This document shows, piece by piece, positions 58,660 to 64,000 of a stretch of 64,000 bases of DNA (positions are counted from its first letter, which is position 1; every line of letters begins with the position of its first letter). Made by a program: the position numbers and the translations under genes. The DNA is from Candidatus Gastranaerophilales bacterium (GTDB lineage Bacteria > Cyanobacteriota > Vampirovibrionia > Gastranaerophilales > Gastranaerophilaceae): the NCBI GenBank assembly GCA_944325005.1, contig CALUYO010000003.1, positions 120,615-184,614 of the forward strand, read 5' to 3'. The notes beneath the pieces are model-generated. The model was not told the DNA's origin. It ran no database searches and worked only from the letters and a program-made list of their open reading frames with translations.

Positions 58660-59691
58660 ATGCTTATAAAACTTACACATGCACATATAATAGGGACAAT
58701 AATAGCTTATCTTATAGGGGTATGTCTTGTTCCTTTAGTAATAAGTTTTTCTAAAAAAGAGGGGCTTGTTGATGTCCCAAATGAGCGTAAAATTCATACC
58801 AAACCTATTTCCAGAATAGGCGGTGTTGCTATCTGGGCAAGTACGATGCTGACTTTTTTGTGCCTTGTGTTTATGAGCTATTATCCATATGGAAGCTTAC
58901 TTTCTGGTATTCTTCTCGGCGGATCTTTGATGTTTCTGCTGGGGCTTGTCGATGATATCTACAATCTTGATGCAAAGTTTAAATTATTTTTGCAGATTGC
59001 TATTGCAACACTGGTTTATTTGCTCGGGGTGCAGATTAATAATGTTCCGTTTATCGGGAATATCGGAATCTTTTCTTATCCGATAACATTGTTATGGATT
59101 GTCGGAATTTCTAACGCGTTGAATTTTATTGACGGTGTTGACGGGCTTGCAGGTTCTGTAGTGACTGTTAATGCTGTAACGCTGGCGATTATTGCAGTTG
59201 CTATGACTCCGCCTAATCCGATAAGCGCTTTAATCGGCTTTATTCTTGCAGGTTCTATGCTTGCATTTTTAACTTATAACTTTAATCCCGCAAAGATATT
59301 TATGGGTGACAGCGGTGCGCTGTTTTCAGGATTTTTGCTGGCAACAATATCAATTACCGGTGTAATGAAAGCTGCAACGCTCGCTATTTTACTGCCGTTT
59401 CTGGTTCTTGCAGTTCCTATTATGGATATAACTTTTTCTTCTTTGAGAAGAATTGCAAAAGGTAAATCGCCTTTTGTTGCTGATGCGGAACATATTCATC
59501 ATAAATTGCTACATGCGGGCTTTTCACAGAAAAAAACAGTAATGATTTTAACATCAGTTGCTATTATTGCAGGAGCTCTTGCATCCTTGTTTATGGGAAC
59601 AACTGCTATAAAACATTATTTTATGTATATCGTAGCAATTGTCATTGTGATGTTGTTACTAAACTTTATTAAGGTCTTGACAAAAAAATAA
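58660..59691 (+). CDS. Undecaprenyl-phosphate GlcNAc-1-P transferase (WecA/TagO, MraY-like GT4)
   Basis: 'RKIHTKPISRIGG', 'GLVDD', 'NALNFIDGVDGL', 'PAKIFMGDSG', 'HIHH'. Confidence 0.92.
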   Translation: MLIKLTHAHIIGTIIAYLIGVCLVPLVISFSKKEGLVDVPNERKIHTKPISRIGGVAIWASTMLTFLCLVFMSYYPYGSLLSGILLGGSLMFLLGLVDDIYNLDAKFKLFLQIAIATLVYLLGVQINNVPFIGNIGIFSYPITLLWIVGISNALNFIDGVDGLAGSVVTVNAVTLAIIAVAMTPPNPISALIGFILAGSMLAFLTYNFNPAKIFMGDSGALFSGFLLATISITGVMKAATLAILLPFLVLAVPIMDITFSSLRRIAKGKSPFVADAEHIHHKLLHAGFSQKKTVMILTSVAIIAGALASLFMGTTAIKHYFMYIVAIVIVMLLLNFIKVLTKK

Positions 59692-59880
59692 TTATGTGTT
59701 ATTATCCCATGTGGATTTAATTACTCAGTTTTGAGCCATGTCGTTTTCACGGGATAAGAGTTCAAAATATTTAAGTGTAAATCTGCCATATATGTATTCT
59801 TTATAAGTTGAATTTTTATAGATAAATTCAGCAAAAGTGAATACTATTACGTGTATTAGTTAAGTAAAGGTTTATTAGCT

Positions 59881-60399
59881 ATGACAGTAAGTGCAGTAGG
59901 ACAAAATGACAATTCAAAACTTTATACGGTTGTTAAATCAACAGCCGTTGGTATGGCAGGCGGTTATGCCTTAAAATATCTTTATCCGGTTCAAAAACAG
60001 GAAGATAATATCAGCCGTCGTTCAATGCTGAATTATTGCCGTAAAGTTACAAACCGGGCTAAAGCCGATGATTTTAGAGGTAACGGTGTAAAATCTAAGG
60101 CTCAGGATGTTTTTATTAAAATGATTGATTCTAATGATAAGGATGCTTTTACCAGCAAAAGTATTGCTGCAAAAGTTAAAGCTCTTGGCGGCGAGAATTC
60201 TGCTGCAGGTAAAGAATTTAGAGGTATTATCAGAAATGTAGATGATATGTCTAAAGCTTTGGCAAGACGTTTTGCGGGAGCGTATCATGTTATGTTAAAA
60301 GTAAAAAGACCTTCTGTTCCCTTCCTTGTTGCAGGTGCTGGTGTAGGTTTCTTAACAGGTTTTGCTCATAATGTCATGAAAACTGACTTTGATGCATAA
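59881..60399 (+). CDS. Hypothetical protein with terminal hydrophobic segments
   Basis: 172-aa ORF; Gly/Ala-rich hydrophobic stretches at both ends. Confidence 0.7.
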   Translation: MTVSAVGQNDNSKLYTVVKSTAVGMAGGYALKYLYPVQKQEDNISRRSMLNYCRKVTNRAKADDFRGNGVKSKAQDVFIKMIDSNDKDAFTSKSIAAKVKALGGENSAAGKEFRGIIRNVDDMSKALARRFAGAYHVMLKVKRPSVPFLVAGAGVGFLTGFAHNVMKTDFDA

Positions 60400-60468
60400 A
60401 TTTTATATTTTTTCACCAAAAAAATATAGGCTGAATTATTTATAATTCAGCTCTTTTTTTTTATAGAC

Positions 60469-61815
60469 TTAAGCTATTTCTCCTACTAAATACCAGGTTT
60501 TTGCTCCCGTAATTTTAACTTTCACAAATTCACCTGTCAAATCTTTGTCATAAGGAATATGCACTGTTTTAAAGTTTCTTGTTTTGCCGGTGTTTATTAA
60601 TTTACCTTTGCGTTCATAATAACTTTCAACAAGAACTTCCATCTCGCGTCCGACATATTTTTGATTTGATTTCAGGCAGTTTTCCTGTACTTTTTTATTT
60701 AAGCGTTGAAATCTTTCATCTTTTACATCTTCCGGAATAAACTTGTCAACCCATTTTGCGGCAACAGTTTTTTCACGCGGAGAATAAGCTGCAACGTTAC
60801 AATAGTCAAGCTCAAATTCATCAATTGCTGTGAGTGTTTCTTCAAACTGTTCTTCTGTTTCTCCGGGGAAGCCTGCGATAAAGTCGCTTGTTATAGTTAC
60901 ATCAGGAACCATTTTACGTACTTTTTCAACTATTTTGGCATAAGTTTCTCTATCATATCTTCTGTTCATTGCTTTTAGGACTTCAGAACTGCCTGATTGC
61001 ATAGGGATATGGAAGTATTCACAAACCTTGTCAAGTTCAACGGCTGTTTCTATAAGTTCATCTGTAATATCAGTCGGGTATGAGGTTACGAAACGAATTC
61101 TGAAGTTGCCTTCAAGAGCATTTAGTTCTCTTAAAAGCTGTGCAAGTCTGTAATTTGCAAGTTCTGGTCTTGATGGTTGTTTGGCTGGAAAATCTTTGCC
61201 GTAGCTGTCAACGTTCTGTCCGAGAAGTGTAATCTCTTTAAATCCAGCGTTTAAAGCATCTTTTGCTTCTTTAATAATTACTTCGGGCAGTCTGGAACGT
61301 TCACGACCTCTGGTATAAGGAACAATACAGTATGTACAGAAGTTGTTGCATCCTTCAGTTATATTTATCCACGCATTTGTTGATTTTACGCGGTTTATCG
61401 GATAACCTTTTTCATTTTGGGAAGGAAGGTTTGTTTCTTCGCATTCGCATACCCTTTCGCCGTTGTTAATTCTTTTTATAACGTCAGGAAGCGCATAAAC
61501 TTTATGCGTGCCAAGAACGAAGTCAACATAAGGAGCTCTTGAAAAAACTTTGTTTGCTTTTTGCTGGGCTACACAACCTGTGATACCGATTTTGAGTTCA
61601 GGTTTTGTTTGTTTCCATTTTCCCCAGACTCCTAACTGGCTGAATGCTTTATCTTCGCTCAGTTGTCTTATTGAACAGGTATTTACCATTAATAAATCAG
61701 CATTCTGAGGCTCATGAGTTTCTTCATATCCGAAATGGGAAAGTATACCGAGCATTCTTTCAGTATCTGATTTATTCATCTGGCATCCCATAGTTTCTAT
61801 ATATACATACTTCAT
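60469..61815 (-). CDS. miaB: tRNA-2-methylthio-N6-dimethylallyladenosine synthase
   Basis: 'TMGCQMNKSD', 'NTCSIR', 'GCVAQ', radical SAM 'GCNNFCTYC', TRAM C-terminus. Confidence 0.96.
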   Translation of the reverse strand: MKYVYIETMGCQMNKSDTERMLGILSHFGYEETHEPQNADLLMVNTCSIRQLSEDKAFSQLGVWGKWKQTKPELKIGITGCVAQQKANKVFSRAPYVDFVLGTHKVYALPDVIKRINNGERVCECEETNLPSQNEKGYPINRVKSTNAWINITEGCNNFCTYCIVPYTRGRERSRLPEVIIKEAKDALNAGFKEITLLGQNVDSYGKDFPAKQPSRPELANYRLAQLLRELNALEGNFRIRFVTSYPTDITDELIETAVELDKVCEYFHIPMQSGSSEVLKAMNRRYDRETYAKIVEKVRKMVPDVTITSDFIAGFPGETEEQFEETLTAIDEFELDYCNVAAYSPREKTVAAKWVDKFIPEDVKDERFQRLNKKVQENCLKSNQKYVGREMEVLVESYYERKGKLINTGKTRNFKTVHIPYDKDLTGEFVKVKITGAKTWYLVGEIA

Positions 61816-61937
61816 TTTTTGTTCCTGCTATTTATATCTGTAACCATGTAAATTATAATACAAAAATAGTTTATATACTTGACTTTTGCCGGATAAAATA
61901 TTATTGTGGAAATAAATGGTTGAAAGGTGTGTTTATT

Positions 61938-63611
61938 ATGGGGTCTATTAAGAGAAATGTTTTGATGCTTTTGCATGAGCGTACTGAAAAATATGCTGAC
62001 AAAGTTGCTCTCGGAATAAAAACAAAATACGGCTGGAAAGAGCTTACCTATCGCGGGACCGGTTTATTATCGAGAAAATTGGCTTATTATTTGATAAATG
62101 AGCTTGGAGTAAAAAAGGGGGAAAGACTTGCAATAATTTCTGAATCAAAACCGGAATACGGAGCATGTGTTTTCGCATCTGTAATTTCCGGAATGATTAC
62201 AGTTCCTCTTGATGTAAAGCTTACTAAATACGAACTTAAATCTATATTAACAGACTGCGAACCGTCTGTAATTATGGTTTCAAAAGCAAATATTGAAATG
62301 GCAAGGTTTTTAAAGAAAGAGATACCTTCTGTTAAAGAAATTATTTTAATGGATGAACCGTTCGATAATATCGAGGAAAAGAGTATTTATCAGCTTCCTG
62401 ATAATTACGATTACAAATGGCGTTTCAGAAGTTCTAAATCTACTGCATTTATAATTTATACATCAGGAACAACAGGGGCGCCTAAAGGGGTTGAGATAAC
62501 ATTTGAAAATATGATGGCTCAGCTTGACGATTTAAAAATTGTTCTTGATAATATATTGCCTTATGACCATGTTAATATTTTATCTATTCTGCCAATGAAC
62601 CATCTCTTTGAAATGACAGTTGGTTTTTCAACTTTTTTAAATTTCGGTTTTTCTATATATTATACTCCGAGTTTGAAACCCAGAGATGTTTTGAGCATAA
62701 TGCGCGAAAAGCAGATAGAATTTATGATTGTTGTTCCTGCGTTTTTGAAGCTTTTGAAAACAGGGATTGAAACAGAATTAAACAATTCCGGCGAAATGAT
62801 TAAAATTGCTTTTAATATTATGTTTAAGCTGGCTAAATTTATACCGTCTTACAGGCTGAAAAAGCTGATGTTTAAGAAAATTCACGCAAAATTTGGCGGT
62901 CATTTTTCCGGCTGTATCTCAGGTGGTGCCCCGCTGGATGTTTCTGTGGGAGAATTTTTTGAAAGAATAGGGATAAAAATTTATCAAGGGTACGGGCTTT
63001 CAGAGGCAAGTCCTGTTGCATCTGTAAACTATGAAAGACGCGGTGATATTGCATCTGTTGGCAGACCACTGAATACGTTTAACGCGAAAATAGATCCTGA
63101 AACAGGAGAATTACTGCTTAAAGGACCTGCTGTTATGAAGGGCTACCATAATCAGCCTGAGATGACTGCGGAAGTTATTGATAAAGACGGCTGGCTTCAT
63201 ACGGGAGATATTGCAAAAATAAGCAAAGAAGGACATATTTATATTACCGGCAGAATTAAAAATATGATTGTTCTTTCAGGCGGTAAAAAAGTTTTCCCTG
63301 AAGAAGTCGAAGCTGTGCTTGAAAAAAGTTCTTATTTTACGGAAGTTTGTGTGCTTGGAATTTCACGAACTTTCGGTATGAAAGACGGAACAGAAGAAAT
63401 TACGGCTGTCGTTGTTCCATCACAAGAGCTGTGTGATAAATACGAATGGGATACTGTAGAAAAACTTGTTAAAGATGAAGTTAAGAAATTATCTCTATAT
63501 TTGACTGCTTACAAAAGACCTGTTAATATAATTGTGAAAAAAGAACCTCTGCCAAGAACTGCAACCAGAAAGCTGAAGCGTAAAGAGGTAAAAGAGCTTG
63601 TAAATGTATAG
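61938..63611 (+). CDS. Long-chain fatty acid--CoA ligase (AMP-binding)
   Basis: 'IIYTSGTTGAPKG', 'YQGYGLSE', 'WLHTGD', 'ITGRIKNMIVLSGGKKVFPEEVE'. Confidence 0.92.
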   Translation: MGSIKRNVLMLLHERTEKYADKVALGIKTKYGWKELTYRGTGLLSRKLAYYLINELGVKKGERLAIISESKPEYGACVFASVISGMITVPLDVKLTKYELKSILTDCEPSVIMVSKANIEMARFLKKEIPSVKEIILMDEPFDNIEEKSIYQLPDNYDYKWRFRSSKSTAFIIYTSGTTGAPKGVEITFENMMAQLDDLKIVLDNILPYDHVNILSILPMNHLFEMTVGFSTFLNFGFSIYYTPSLKPRDVLSIMREKQIEFMIVVPAFLKLLKTGIETELNNSGEMIKIAFNIMFKLAKFIPSYRLKKLMFKKIHAKFGGHFSGCISGGAPLDVSVGEFFERIGIKIYQGYGLSEASPVASVNYERRGDIASVGRPLNTFNAKIDPETGELLLKGPAVMKGYHNQPEMTAEVIDKDGWLHTGDIAKISKEGHIYITGRIKNMIVLSGGKKVFPEEVEAVLEKSSYFTEVCVLGISRTFGMKDGTEEITAVVVPSQELCDKYEWDTVEKLVKDEVKKLSLYLTAYKRPVNIIVKKEPLPRTATRKLKRKEVKELVNV

Positions 63612-63634
63612 ATAAATAATAAATCGGAGACATC

Positions 63635-64000
63635 ATGAAACACAAACAAATATTACTATTGGCTTTATTGATTTGTACCGGAATTACTATTCCTGTTTTA
63701 TCTGAAGATGCTGTACAATCTGAAGACACTGCTGCTGTTAAGGAGGAAGTTTTTCAGCCTGCTCAGGAAACTTCAGTCCCCGAAACTGCACAGCCGTCTG
63801 CATCAGACAATCTGAATTCTGTAATTATCCCTCCGAAATGGACTGATTTTTGTGAAATGGGATATGAAAATGCTGTGTATAAAGATAGTCATGATGTTTT
63901 TGACATTTTTAGTTTTGTGAAATCTGAAAGAGTAAAGAAAAATTACTGGGCGGAACGCCGTGTTAGTTTTGAAAGTTATTTGAAAAGCTGCAATGCTCTT
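63635..64000 (+). CDS. Exported hypothetical protein (runs off the window end)
   Basis: SD GGAG; signal peptide 'MKHKQILLLALLICTGITIPVLS'; open to the end of the window. Confidence 0.7.
   Translation, partial: MKHKQILLLALLICTGITIPVLSEDAVQSEDTAAVKEEVFQPAQETSVPETAQPSASDNLNSVIIPPKWTDFCEMGYENAVYKDSHDVFDIFSFVKSERVKKNYWAERRVSFESYLKSCNAL

Noticed and set aside
1-64000. CRISPR array, tRNA/rRNA, IS/transposase, diversity-generating retroelement for the pilins
   Set aside because: By eye I found no spaced direct repeats, cloverleaf T-loops, transposase or reverse transcriptase, and no TR/VR pair; a tRNAscan/CRISPR scan would confirm

Overview
AT-rich bacterial chromosomal window, most likely from a non-photosynthetic cyanobacterial relative (Vampirovibrionia/'Melainabacteria', Gastranaerophilales-like). 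This is an inference from the lipid A genes, [FeFe]-hydrogenases, 'AFTLAEVLITLGIIG' pilin-like genes and many lineage-type orphans. Mostly housekeeping: hpf, PPi-PFK, ROK kinase, holA/holB, lpxD-lpxC-fabZ...lpxA, asd, dapB, priA, dxr, purB, rpsO, mnmE, gyrA, rmlCBD-A, glyA, miaB. It also has an hfs-type H2-sensing/[FeFe]-hydrogenase operon and hydF. I found no rRNA, tRNA, CRISPR array or transposase. The main signals lie outside the supplied ORF track. (1) Two candidate type I toxin-antitoxin loci share one architecture: a small hydrophobic ORF with a strong SD, plus a cis-antisense RNA with its own sigma70 promoter and a terminator inside the ORF (10.3-10.5 kb; 56.1-56.4 kb). (2) Two tandem unannotated 44/49-aa peptides share a C-terminal PRxTxxxLxQTxQIA motif (19.4-19.9 kb). 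(3) Two pilin-like genes are both frameshifted at a 10-nt G/C homopolymer in the cleavable leader, suggesting phase variation. (4) Several genes have a leaderless-mRNA geometry, and one TPR protein probably starts at a non-AUG codon.
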